The position numbers were made by a program, and so were the translations under genes. A stretch of 39,865 bases of DNA from Akkermansiaceae bacterium. GTDB taxonomy: Bacteria; Verrucomicrobiota; Verrucomicrobiia; Verrucomicrobiales; Akkermansiaceae. The notes under the pieces were generated by a model that saw only the letters and a list, made by a program, of their open reading frames with translations, made no database searches and was not told the DNA's origin. Below are positions 17,154-25,646 of this stretch, piece after piece. The DNA lies in NCBI GenBank assembly GCA_043782285.1, contig JAYWAR010000106.1:1-39865 (forward strand), given 5' to 3'. How positions within the stretch are numbered: position 1 is the stretch's first letter; the number at the start of each line of letters is the position of its first letter.

Positions 17154-18383
17154 TCAGTGGTGGCGTTGAGCGGGGTAAATGCCTCCGCGACCGCTACAAT
17201 GATAGGCGATGAGGCAGGCGGTTGCGAGATAGAGGCTGTGGTTTAGGCCAAAAAGTTCGATGCCGAGGAAAGTCGAGGCGAGTGGAGTTTTGGTGGCAGC
17301 GGCAAAGATGGCGACGAAGCCGAGGGCAGCCATTAGATCGAGTGGAGCACCGAAGGTGAGTGCCATAAAATTACCGAGGGCGGCACCGATGAAGAACAAT
17401 GGGGTGACTTCCCCGCCTTTGAAGCCAGCGCTGAGGGTGATGACGGTGAAGAGCAGTTTCCACAGCCAAGCACTGGCAGGGACTGTGGTGGAGGTGAATA
17501 AGTGAGGTAGGGTGACGGCGTCGGCTCGATTTCCAAGAACACCAAGGCCAAGGTAGTCGGTGCTGCCTGAGAGGAAAAATAGGCCGATGACGATTAGCCC
17601 GCCGACGACCGGACGGAGTTCGGCACGCGGGATGTAGGTTTTGAAAGCGTGACTGAAGTGGTGGGAAAGGGTGGTGAAAAGCCTGCTGGCAAGGCCACAG
17701 GCGCTGGCGACAAGCAGGATGTTTGCGATCAGTCGGAGATTGAGGGGGGCAATTGCGGTTTGGGTCGTGAGGCAGTAGTGGGTGTGCTCGGTGCCCCAAG
17801 CGCGGCAAGTCCAGTCGGCGAGGAGGGCGCTGATCAAGCAGGGGATGAGTGCGTCGTATTGGATCCGGCCGACGATTAGGACTTCGGTAGCGAATACCGC
17901 CCCTGCGATTGGGGTGCCGAAGATCGAGCCGAAGCCGGCAGCGATTCCGGCCATGAGTAAAAGTCGGCGGGGGGCGGGCCCAAGCTTGAACAGGCGGGCG
18001 AAAGTGGCGGCGATGCTGCCGCCGATTTGCAGGGCGGTTCCTTCGCGCCCGGCGGAGCCGCCGAAGAGGTGGGTGACGAGGGTTCCGCCGAGGATAAGTG
18101 GAGCCATCCGGCGGGGGACTCCTGCGCCGGGTTGGTGGATTTCATCCATGAGCAGGTTGTTACCGCCGCTGGCGGATCTGCCGTAGCGTTGATTGATCAC
18201 GCCGACACCAAGCCCTGCGATGGGCAGCAGCAACAGCAACCCGGGATGAGCGAAGCGAACCAAGGTCACGGCAGTGAGGGCCCAGAGGAAAAAGGCCGAG
18301 GTGCAACCGACGGCGATGGCTAGCAGGGTAAGCTGAGCTAGCCATTTCAAGGCAGTGCGTGGTTGGAAAGGAGGCCGAATCAT
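17154..18383 (-). CDS. CLC-F type fluoride/proton antiporter (CLC family)
   Basis: CLC-F signature motifs GNNLL, GREGT and GEVTP; multi-TM. Start uncertain (18383 or 18410). Confidence 0.88.
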   Translation of the reverse strand: MIRPPFQPRTALKWLAQLTLLAIAVGCTSAFFLWALTAVTLVRFAHPGLLLLLPIAGLGVGVINQRYGRSASGGNNLLMDEIHQPGAGVPRRMAPLILGGTLVTHLFGGSAGREGTALQIGGSIAATFARLFKLGPAPRRLLLMAGIAAGFGSIFGTPIAGAVFATEVLIVGRIQYDALIPCLISALLADWTCRAWGTEHTHYCLTTQTAIAPLNLRLIANILLVASACGLASRLFTTLSHHFSHAFKTYIPRAELRPVVGGLIVIGLFFLSGSTDYLGLGVLGNRADAVTLPHLFTSTTVPASAWLWKLLFTVITLSAGFKGGEVTPLFFIGAALGNFMALTFGAPLDLMAALGFVAIFAAATKTPLASTFLGIELFGLNHSLYLATACLIAYHCSGRGGIYPAQRHH

Positions 18384-18414
18384 CAAGCGGCGGGAATTTG
18401 GCAAATCCATTGGA
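18373..18414 (-). promoter_or_regulatory. Degenerate fluoride (crcB-motif) riboswitch
   Basis: Minus strand tccAATGGATTTGCCaaattcCCGCCGCTTGATGATTC resembles GGCRATGGnn..YGCC..AACCGC..GCTRATGRnnCC; the GGAUU/GAUUC pseudoknot is retained; directly upstream of the CLC-F gene. Confidence 0.55.
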
Positions 18415-18482
18415 AAATGGCAGGACCCAATTTCCCGGCAACTTTGAACGTTGTCGGGTAGAGTGCGAAAATGAATCTGGCG

Positions 18483-20219
18483 TCAATAGACGTCGCGCAA
18501 GTAGCGCTTGTCTTTTTTCAGCTGGGAAATGAAAGCGGCGGCTTGTTCGGGCGTGAGCTTGCCGTGTTCGGCGGCGATGTTGAGCAGGGCCTGATCGACA
18601 TCCTTGGCCATCCGCGAAGCATCGCCACAAACGTAGAACGCGGCACCTTGGTTGAGCCAGCTCCAGAGTTCGGCACCGTTTTGTAGCATCAGGTGCTGGA
18701 CGTAGAGTTTTTCCCGTTGGTCGCGGGACCAAGCGAGGTCCAGTTTGGTCAAGACGCCCGTAGCGTGAAACGCGTCGAGCTCGTCTTGGTAGAGGAAATC
18801 AGTGGCACGGTAAGGGTTGCCGAAAAATAGCCAGTTTCTACCTTGAGCGGCGGTGGCTTTACGATCTTCGAGAAATGCGCGGAAGGGCGCGATGCCGGTG
18901 CCGGGGCCGACCATGATGACGTCGGTGTCGCCGTCAGTTGGAAGCCGGAAAGCGTGATTGCTGTGAACGTAAACTCGAGGTTTGGCGGTGCTGCTGACTC
19001 GGTCGGCGAGGAAGGTGGAGCAAATTCCCCCGCGTTTGCGGCCGAAGGTTTGATAGCGGACGATCCCGACGCAGAGGTGGACTTCGCCGGGGTGGGCGCG
19101 GGGACTGGACGCAATCGAGTAGAGCCGAGGCTGGAGTTTTTTCAGGATTGAGACGAATTCCTCGGCATCGGTGAAATCGGCGGGATGGTCGAGCACCAGG
19201 TCGATGAGATCGCGGCCCCAGCAGAAATCGTCATAGGCTTTTTTGTCATCTGCGGCGACGAGTGAGCGCAGAAACGGAGAGCCGCTTTTAAGTTGCCATT
19301 TTTGGATCAGCGATTTGTTGAGGGCGCTGATGTCGTAGTGGTGAATGAGGGCATCCCGCAGCGAGACCTCGTCGCCGTTGGGAGTTGGGACCACGCTTGG
19401 CTTGAACGGCAAGTTCGCAAGAATTTCATCGACGAGTTCCGGCGGGTTCAACGGGTAAACGCCAAGGGCATCACCGACTTCGTAAGTGAGGTCTGAGCCC
19501 TCCAGTGAAAGCGCGATTTGGTGGGTTTGTTTTTCACCGGGGCCGTTGAGGTTGTAATTTTGAGCAATGGCGGCGGTGAAAGGGTTGCTTTTGGAATGAG
19601 TGGTTTCCGTCGCTTCGAGCAAGTTGTCATCACTGGCTGGGATTGCGGCCCCTGCTGGGGCGAGCTTGCTCAGGATCGCGCTGGACCACTCGGCGTAAGG
19701 CAGGTCTGGATCGACATCAACATCGACTCGAAAGTGAAGGCGGTCGGCACCGAGAGCGGAGAGGCGGTTGTCGAACTCGATGCCGCATTGACAGTAATCT
19801 GGGTAGCTGCTGTCACCGAGTGCGAGGACTGAGTAAGAAACGCCATCCAGCCGTGGGGCGGCGTCACTGAGGAGCCAGCGATGGAGGTCGGTGGCGGTAT
19901 CTGGTGGCTCACCGTCACCATAGGTCGAGGTGATGATCAACAGGTTTTTTTCGGTGGCCAAGCGACTGCGGTCGTAGGTGGCCATATCATGGATTTCCGG
20001 GACGAAATTGCCTTTTTTGAGGGTTTTGACCAATTTTTTGGCGAGGCCTTCGGCGGTGCCGGTTTGTGAGCCGTAGATCACGGTGACGGGCACAGATGGA
20101 CTGCTGGAAGCGATTGCGGAATTTCCTGAGGCGAGTGCTTTGGTCAGGAAATCATTGAGCCACGCCCGTTGTTCAGCGGTAAAGGGCGCGTCGTTGGGGA
20201 TTTGAATCGGGAATACCAT
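18483..20219 (-). CDS. cysJ: Sulfite reductase flavoprotein alpha subunit-like diflavin reductase
   Basis: Flavodoxin motifs YGSQTGTAE and TSTYGDGEPP; FAD motif PRLYSIASS; GICSTFL; MVGPGTGIAPFRAF; YVCGDASRMAKDV; C-terminal RYLRDVY. Confidence 0.9.
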   Translation of the reverse strand: MVFPIQIPNDAPFTAEQRAWLNDFLTKALASGNSAIASSSPSVPVTVIYGSQTGTAEGLAKKLVKTLKKGNFVPEIHDMATYDRSRLATEKNLLIITSTYGDGEPPDTATDLHRWLLSDAAPRLDGVSYSVLALGDSSYPDYCQCGIEFDNRLSALGADRLHFRVDVDVDPDLPYAEWSSAILSKLAPAGAAIPASDDNLLEATETTHSKSNPFTAAIAQNYNLNGPGEKQTHQIALSLEGSDLTYEVGDALGVYPLNPPELVDEILANLPFKPSVVPTPNGDEVSLRDALIHHYDISALNKSLIQKWQLKSGSPFLRSLVAADDKKAYDDFCWGRDLIDLVLDHPADFTDAEEFVSILKKLQPRLYSIASSPRAHPGEVHLCVGIVRYQTFGRKRGGICSTFLADRVSSTAKPRVYVHSNHAFRLPTDGDTDVIMVGPGTGIAPFRAFLEDRKATAAQGRNWLFFGNPYRATDFLYQDELDAFHATGVLTKLDLAWSRDQREKLYVQHLMLQNGAELWSWLNQGAAFYVCGDASRMAKDVDQALLNIAAEHGKLTPEQAAAFISQLKKDKRYLRDVY

Positions 20220-20337
20220 GGTTTCTGCAAGTAATCAGTCTCAGCCAAGCGGCGCAAAGTGTGCGGGGACGGCGGGTGAATCAAGCCCGTTTCGTGCCAA
20301 TTTCAAGAGAGATGCCCGGTGCTGGCGGGCAGGGAAA

Positions 20338-20709
20338 TCAGGCTTTCCAGTTGAGCGCGCCCTTTTTCAGGGCATAGACGTAGGCGAATACCAAAATTCC
20401 GGCAAATCCAGCCATGCTGGCAAGTGCGGTGGGCCCTTGTGCGACGAGATCGCGAAATTGAACGGCCCACGGATACATGAAAACCACCTCAATGTCGAAA
20501 ATTACGAACAGCATTGCGACCAAGTAAAACTTCACCGAGAAGCGGGGCGAGCCTTCACCAATCGGCAGCATGCCGCACTCGTAGGGGCTGTCTTTGGTGG
20601 CGTTGCGCTTGCCAGAACGACCGAAAACGACGCTCAGGGTGAGTGTGGAAATCGCGAAGCCAAGTGCGATTAGCACCTGGAAAAGAACGGGAAGATAATC
20701 TTGTGGCAT
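20338..20709 (-). CDS. nuoA: NADH-quinone oxidoreductase subunit A
   Basis: K.SPYECG, RFSVKFYLVAMLFVIFDIEVVFMYPWA and YALKKGALNW. Confidence 0.95.
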   Translation of the reverse strand: MPQDYLPVLFQVLIALGFAISTLTLSVVFGRSGKRNATKDSPYECGMLPIGEGSPRFSVKFYLVAMLFVIFDIEVVFMYPWAVQFRDLVAQGPTALASMAGFAGILVFAYVYALKKGALNWKA

Positions 20710-20763
20710 AAATTAACGGGCGGTTGAGGCAGGATGTAGAGGTCGTGACCGAAAATGGGTAGC

Positions 20764-20797
20764 AAAAAAACCCGCACCTTAAAAAGGCGCGGGTTTT
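20764..20797 (-). terminator. Intrinsic terminator
   Basis: Minus strand AAAACCCGCGCCTT-loop-AAGGTGCGGGTTTTTTT after the 107-aa gene. Confidence 0.85.
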
Positions 20798-20817
20798 GGT
20801 GAAAACATGACGAGTGC

Positions 20818-21141
20818 TTAAGCTTCGTCTTGAGCGGCGGCTTCTTGGGCGGCGGCGTAGGCGCTGGACGCTTCATGAACGCGAGCGGTGCCCTTATATT
20901 CTTTACCGATTTTTTCGACGAGACCGCGAGTTACCAAATTTTGGAGCTTCTCGTAAGCACGCAAACGTAGCATTTCTTCGCCGCCACTGACGGCATTGCG
21001 TAATTTGAGATTTGCGAAAACCCGCTCAAAAAGATCGTTGAAACCAAAGACCTTTTTTTCGGAAAGGACATTGCAAAGCTCATCGGTGACGTGGTCCGGA
21101 AGACGACGTGAGAATCGGGTGCGTTTCGTGGTGATTGCCAT
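20818..21141 (-). CDS. Small basic hypothetical protein, possible winged-helix DNA binder
   Basis: Lys/Arg-rich N-terminus; LRLRAYEKLQNLVTRGLVEK.G.EY resembles a wHTH helix and wing; own terminator. Confidence 0.75.
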   Translation of the reverse strand: MAITTKRTRFSRRLPDHVTDELCNVLSEKKVFGFNDLFERVFANLKLRNAVSGGEEMLRLRAYEKLQNLVTRGLVEKIGKEYKGTARVHEASSAYAAAQEAAAQDEA

Positions 21142-21274
21142 AACGACATGAATTTACACCTTGTTATGATAATAGCGACTTAAATTAACTAGCAAGCATA
21201 TCAAAGGAAGGAAAATATCTTACAAGCACGAAATTATAATCTTCAGCAGCGCGGCAAATCCCACAGATGCCCGC

Positions 21275-21302
21275 TTGACAGGCGGTAGTTTTTAGCCATC
21301 GT
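21275..21302 (+). promoter_or_regulatory. Sigma70-like promoter of the L31 gene
   Basis: TTGACA-16 nt-CATCGT. Confidence 0.55.
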
Positions 21303-21345
21303 CCGCCTCCCGTCGCGTCGGTAACGTGGCAGCAAATCGATTCCC

Positions 21346-21615
21346 ATGAAAAAGGACCTTCATCCGAAATACAATCCGGTCGTCTTCGTTGACATGACCA
21401 CCGGTAAACGTTTCATCAGCCGCTCGACTAAAACTTCCGAGAAGAAGGAAGTCATCGATGGCGTGGAACACAGTCTCATCTCGATCGGGATCACCTCTGA
21501 CTCCCATCCTTTCTTTACGGGACTCGCGCAGTTCGTCGATACGGAAGGACGGATCGACAAATTCCAAAAACGCTTCGGTGCGGTTCGTCGTGTTGGGAAG
21601 CCGAAACTCGACTGA
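21346..21615 (+). CDS. rpmE2: 50S ribosomal protein L31 type B (no Zn-binding Cys)
   Basis: MKKDLHPKY.PVVFVD and ITSDSHPFFTG...FVDTEGRIDKFQKRF. Confidence 0.95.
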   Translation: MKKDLHPKYNPVVFVDMTTGKRFISRSTKTSEKKEVIDGVEHSLISIGITSDSHPFFTGLAQFVDTEGRIDKFQKRFGAVRRVGKPKLD

Positions 21616-21640
21616 TCCAGTCATTTGCCCAAATTTCACT

Positions 21641-21681
21641 CAAACGCCTGGTTGCCTCGTTGCGACTGGGCGTTTTGTTTT
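21641..21681 (+). terminator. Intrinsic terminator
   Basis: AAACGCCTGGTTGC-loop-GCGACTGGGCGTTT followed by TGTTTT. Confidence 0.75.
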
Positions 21682-21714
21682 GATTGTTGCGGTTTGATCT
21701 CCAAACTTTCGCTT

Positions 21715-22479
21715 GTGCTCGCTAAACGAATCATTCCCTGCCTTGACGTGACCGATGGCCGGGTGGTCAAAGGCGTGAATTTTGTCGATCTGATTGATGC
21801 CGGTGATCCGGTGGAATGTGCGATTGCTTATAATCTACAACAGGCCGATGAGCTGGTGTTTTTGGACATTACGGCGTCTTCGGATCGGCGTCGAACGATG
21901 GTTGAGGTGGTTCGGCGCACCGCAGAACGGTGTTTTATTCCACTCACCGTGGGCGGTGGGATCCGCACGGTGGAAAATATGCGTGAAATGCTGCTGGCCG
22001 GGGCGGATAAAGTTGGGATCAACACTTCGGCGGTGAGCCATCCGGGTTTGGTGGATCAAGGAGCCAAAGCTTTCGGCAGCCAGTGCATCGTCGTCGCGAT
22101 CGACGCGAAACGCGAGGGTCCGGGCAAATGGGGGGTTTACACTCACGGCGGGCGGACGGCGGTCGGGATCGATGCGGTGGAGTGGGCCAAAGAAGTTTGG
22201 CGGCGTGGTGCTGGGGAAATTCTGCTCACCAGCATGGATTCGGATGGCACCCAAGCCGGTTATGACATCGAGCTCACGGCGGCGGTTTCCTCAGCGGTCC
22301 GGATTCCGGTGATCGCCAGTGGTGGTGCGGGTAATCTCGATCACATGGTGGACGTCCTCAATGCCGGCAAGGCTGATGCGGTGCTAGCAGCCAGCATTTT
22401 TCATTTCGGTATGCACACGGTTGGTGAGGCCAAGCGTCATTTTGCCGAGCGTGGGGTGGCGGTGAGGCCACTAGTTTGA
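21715..22479 (+). CDS. hisF: Imidazole glycerol phosphate synthase cyclase subunit
   Basis: GTG start, [43 protein letters not shown] and PVIASGGAG. Confidence 0.97.
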   Translation: MLAKRIIPCLDVTDGRVVKGVNFVDLIDAGDPVECAIAYNLQQADELVFLDITASSDRRRTMVEVVRRTAERCFIPLTVGGGIRTVENMREMLLAGADKVGINTSAVSHPGLVDQGAKAFGSQCIVVAIDAKREGPGKWGVYTHGGRTAVGIDAVEWAKEVWRRGAGEILLTSMDSDGTQAGYDIELTAAVSSAVRIPVIASGGAGNLDHMVDVLNAGKADAVLAASIFHFGMHTVGEAKRHFAERGVAVRPLV

Positions 22480-22490
22480 GGTCGCGAGCG

Positions 22491-23438
22491 ATGAAATTTT
22501 TAGTCTATGGGCTAGGTTTGATCATGGGGCTGGGGAGTCTGAGCACTTGTTCCAAGAGTCGTGGCTTAGGGCCAGCCAAGGCGGTGCCGGTGCGCGAGGA
22601 TGGCGCGGTGGACTTGCAGTTGATGAGTTTCAATCTGCGCTATGAGTCTCCAGATGACCGTGATTTGCATGCTTGGCGGCAACGGGTGGTGGGGGTGGTA
22701 AAAATGATCCGCCGTTTGCAACCGGACTGCATTGGGGTGCAGGAAGCTCTGCATGGGCAAGTGGCGGATTTATGGGCGTCACTTCCCGATTATGAGTTTT
22801 ACGGGGTTGGTCGAGAGGATGGTCAGCGAGCTGGCGAATATTCTGGGATTTTTTATCGTCGCGAACGTTTCCGGGCAGACCCGGCAGACTGCGGGACTTT
22901 TTGGCTTTCCGGCACGCCCGCTATTCCGGGATCGCGGACATGGGGCAATGAGTTTACTCGGGTTGCGGCATGGGTCCGCTTGGTGGATCTCGCGACTGGC
23001 CGCGGATTTTATGTTTTTAACAGTCATTGGGATCACCAGAATCAGCAATCGCGTGAGCGAGCGGCTTTACTGATCGCGCAAAGAATTGACCAGCGGGCGC
23101 ATCCGGCTGAACCGCTGGCCCTCATCGGAGATTTTAACTCAAGCGAAGCCAACCCCGGGGTGGTCTATCTGACGGGTAAGCCGGTTTCGCTGGTGGGCTC
23201 GCCGCAAGTATGGGCGAACGGCTTGCAAGACACTTACCACGCACTCCATCCTGGCGGAAACAAACGCCGAACGCTGCATTTTTGGACCGGGAGCCTTGAG
23301 GGTATGCTCAAGGTGGATTACATTTTAGTCAGCCGAGGAGCGAAAATTGAAGTGGCTGAGATCATTTCTGAGGATCAGCCGGTGTTGTCCGATCATTTTC
23401 CGGTCACGGCGCGAGTGAAATTCCCGCGATCTCCGTGA
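22491..23438 (+). CDS. Endonuclease/exonuclease/phosphatase family protein, likely lipoprotein
   Basis: Signal ending SLSTC; MSFNLRY, IGVQEAL, NSHWDH, LIGDFNS, VDYI and SDHFPV. Confidence 0.9.
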   Translation: MKFLVYGLGLIMGLGSLSTCSKSRGLGPAKAVPVREDGAVDLQLMSFNLRYESPDDRDLHAWRQRVVGVVKMIRRLQPDCIGVQEALHGQVADLWASLPDYEFYGVGREDGQRAGEYSGIFYRRERFRADPADCGTFWLSGTPAIPGSRTWGNEFTRVAAWVRLVDLATGRGFYVFNSHWDHQNQQSRERAALLIAQRIDQRAHPAEPLALIGDFNSSEANPGVVYLTGKPVSLVGSPQVWANGLQDTYHALHPGGNKRRTLHFWTGSLEGMLKVDYILVSRGAKIEVAEIISEDQPVLSDHFPVTARVKFPRSP

Positions 23439-23493
23439 GCCAGGATGGGCCGAGGCGAGCGTTGCCCTGAGCCCGAAAACGCAAGAGCGACTG

Positions 23494-23817
23494 TCAAAGA
23501 AGCCCTTGTTCGCGCAGTTCTTCCTCCACCTCGTTGTAGCGTGGGGCGACGATCCCGGCGTCGCGGATGCGTTGGATTTTCCGCCGCACTCCGAACTTAC
23601 TGCGCGGGCCAGTCACTAAGCTGGCAACGCCTCCGACAACGAACGGCATCAAAGCTGCGATGCCCAAGGCACCGAGGCCGATTCCAACGCCTCGTCGCGC
23701 TCCGCGGTGCATCAAATCGCCTAACAATAAACCCGCAGCAGCTCCTAAAAGAGCGGGTGCGGTCAAGGCACTGGTTTCAATCCATGCCGGAGTAGTGTCG
23801 CCATTTTCATCAGCCAT
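23494..23817 (-). CDS. Hypothetical membrane protein (Gly-zipper-like helices)
   Basis: PALLGAAAGLLLG and GVGIGLGALGIAAL; start MADENG. Confidence 0.75.
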   Translation of the reverse strand: MADENGDTTPAWIETSALTAPALLGAAAGLLLGDLMHRGARRGVGIGLGALGIAALMPFVVGGVASLVTGPRSKFGVRRKIQRIRDAGIVAPRYNEVEEELREQGLL

Positions 23818-23925
23818 GCCGAAGGCTAAACGATTTTTTGGTCGAGCCACAACTCCGGAAAACGGAAATTTGAGGGTGGCTCAATCGTCGTCAAACGGGC
23901 TGCGAAATCCCCCCGATGAAGCGGG

Positions 23926-24441
23926 TTAATACTCTTCTTCCTCATCTCCCGGCACTGGCGGGATGATGTCTTGGCGCATCAGCAGCCGTCCGAGGTCGAG
24001 ATCGTCTAGCAAATCAGCTGGCGTGTCTCTGACGATCGCAGCATACGGTGTGATCCGGTCCAACTCGGCGATCGCGCAATGAACCATCGAGGAAATGATG
24101 TCGCCGTCGAATTTTTCGCGTTCGAATAGATTGGTGATTCGAAACACCAAGAACTCACGATCGAGGTCATATTCGAAGCCGCCGAGCGTGAGTTGTTTGT
24201 TGGCGCGGGCGAGGAGCTCGAGAACGGCAGGTAAATGTTCTTCATCCAAGCTCAGAGGAGATTCGGAAACAATGACCAAGGCGTTCAGCTGGGGATAAGC
24301 TTGAGCTATGAGATCGACCCGCGTGTGGTGGGCGTCAAAACCGGCCCGCAGGACGTCTCGGCCCTCAACGAGTTCGCAATGCCAGCCGTTTTGGCCGAAG
24401 GATTCTTCTACCGTGAGAATTTGTCGAGAATGGGGACGCAT
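23926..24441 (-). CDS. YbjN-like (T3SS-chaperone fold) protein
   Basis: ELLARANKQLTLGGFEYD....LVFR motif; acidic, 171 aa. Confidence 0.7.
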   Translation of the reverse strand: MRPHSRQILTVEESFGQNGWHCELVEGRDVLRAGFDAHHTRVDLIAQAYPQLNALVIVSESPLSLDEEHLPAVLELLARANKQLTLGGFEYDLDREFLVFRITNLFEREKFDGDIISSMVHCAIAELDRITPYAAIVRDTPADLLDDLDLGRLLMRQDIIPPVPGDEEEEY

Positions 24442-24447
24442 TTGATT

Positions 24448-24930
24448 TTAACCGTTGGAGTCGTGGGGAGATACCCGGCCAAGTACTGCTTTGGCAAGCA
24501 AGCTCCGTCGATCGCGGCGAATCGGTGCCAGTGATAAATGGATGCCCGAGGTTTGCGCGGCATCGTGATGAAGCGTGAGTCGGGTGGTTTTTTCATTCAC
24601 TTCGGCATGATTCAATTCTTGCCATAAAATCAAGCGCAGCCCGTGTGCCGGTCGGAAAAATGGGAAAATTTCGAGGCCGAGCGGGGTCAGGATTAGATAG
24701 GCATGGCGGGTGAGTCCAACGGCGATACGTCCCAGCAGGATTGCTAAAGTCAAGGCCAGCAGTGCCCATGCTGGGTGTGGCAAGTAAGGGTTGATGTCTC
24801 GATAAAAGGCGGTCGCTAGTAGGGTAATGGCGACTGAGCCTAGCATTGCGGTGAGGAGCCAAAAGATGCCGGCTTGTCCCGAACGAGTGAATCTTAGCTC
24901 TTTGTCGGGGGATTGGATTTTGGTTGTCAT
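24448..24930 (-). CDS. Hypothetical membrane protein (2 TM + PH-like soluble domain)
   Basis: Two TM helices then YLILTPLGLEI..ILWQEL..AEV; 6 nt from the next gene. Confidence 0.7.
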   Translation of the reverse strand: MTTKIQSPDKELRFTRSGQAGIFWLLTAMLGSVAITLLATAFYRDINPYLPHPAWALLALTLAILLGRIAVGLTRHAYLILTPLGLEIFPFFRPAHGLRLILWQELNHAEVNEKTTRLTLHHDAAQTSGIHLSLAPIRRDRRSLLAKAVLGRVSPHDSNG

Positions 24931-25023
24931 GGTTGCGGATCAAGCGCTGCAGTTGACTTGCTTGGTATTTGAAAGCAGGGATTTGTGCGATCATTTACAG
25001 CAGGCACACAGCTGCTGACGTGG

Positions 25024-25395
25024 CTAGGGCTGACTGTTTTGAGCAGATTGTGAAGTGGTATCCATCGTGGCGGCTTGGATTTCTGCAGGCCGTTGGTTCG
25101 TCAGTTCGGTTTTGCCGGTCGCAGTCGCTTGTTCCAAATCGACAAAGTCATCCCCGTCGCGGTGTTGTCGCCAGAGATTGAGCGCGATTACGATTCCTAA
25201 ACCGATCACCGCGAACGAGGCTTCCATGCAAAATGGCGTGGTCATGATGCCGAGTATCGTTCCCACCCACTCGCCTAAAAGTCCGGGCATTGACCGCCAA
25301 CCCAACAAGAGGCCAGGCACCATCACGGTTAACACGATGAGAATGGCCACTCCGACGCTGACCTGCTTTACCCGTTCGTCTTTGAACCGTTTCAT
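25024..25395 (-). CDS. Hypothetical membrane protein
   Basis: 2-3 hydrophobic helices; co-oriented with neighbours. Confidence 0.7.
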   Translation of the reverse strand: MKRFKDERVKQVSVGVAILIVLTVMVPGLLLGWRSMPGLLGEWVGTILGIMTTPFCMEASFAVIGLGIVIALNLWRQHRDGDDFVDLEQATATGKTELTNQRPAEIQAATMDTTSQSAQNSQP

Positions 25396-25575
25396 TGCTA
25401 AATTTAAATTACACCTTCATCCTTGAAAACCCAACCCTCGAAATCGATAAAAACACCGCCAGTTCTAGCTCACGAAAGATGAACGTGATGTCAACTTGCC
25501 AACGATTTCGAAGAGTCAGTGAATCATGGTTCCTGCCTGTCCGAGATGTCTTTTTAAATTATATCCTAATCGAGA

Positions 25576-25612
25576 TCTGAAATGGTTTCACGCTCCGGGG
25601 CTCCATTTCAGA
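25576..25612. repeat. 10-bp inverted repeat downstream of pheT (possible terminator)
   Basis: TCTGAAATGG-17 nt-CCATTTCAGA. Confidence 0.5.
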
Positions 25613-25646
25613 AGGGTTGTTTTTGGTTAAGTTTCACGGCTGTATT

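Noticed and set aside
21346-21615. Zur-regulated zinc-starvation L31 paralogue
   Set aside because: No Zur-like palindrome recognised and no rpmJ2 partner; it may be the only L31, which cannot be judged from this window.
25396-25575. AT-rich spacer with a 61-aa ORF
   Set aside because: TTG start, no motifs, stops in the co-oriented frames; no supportable gene call.
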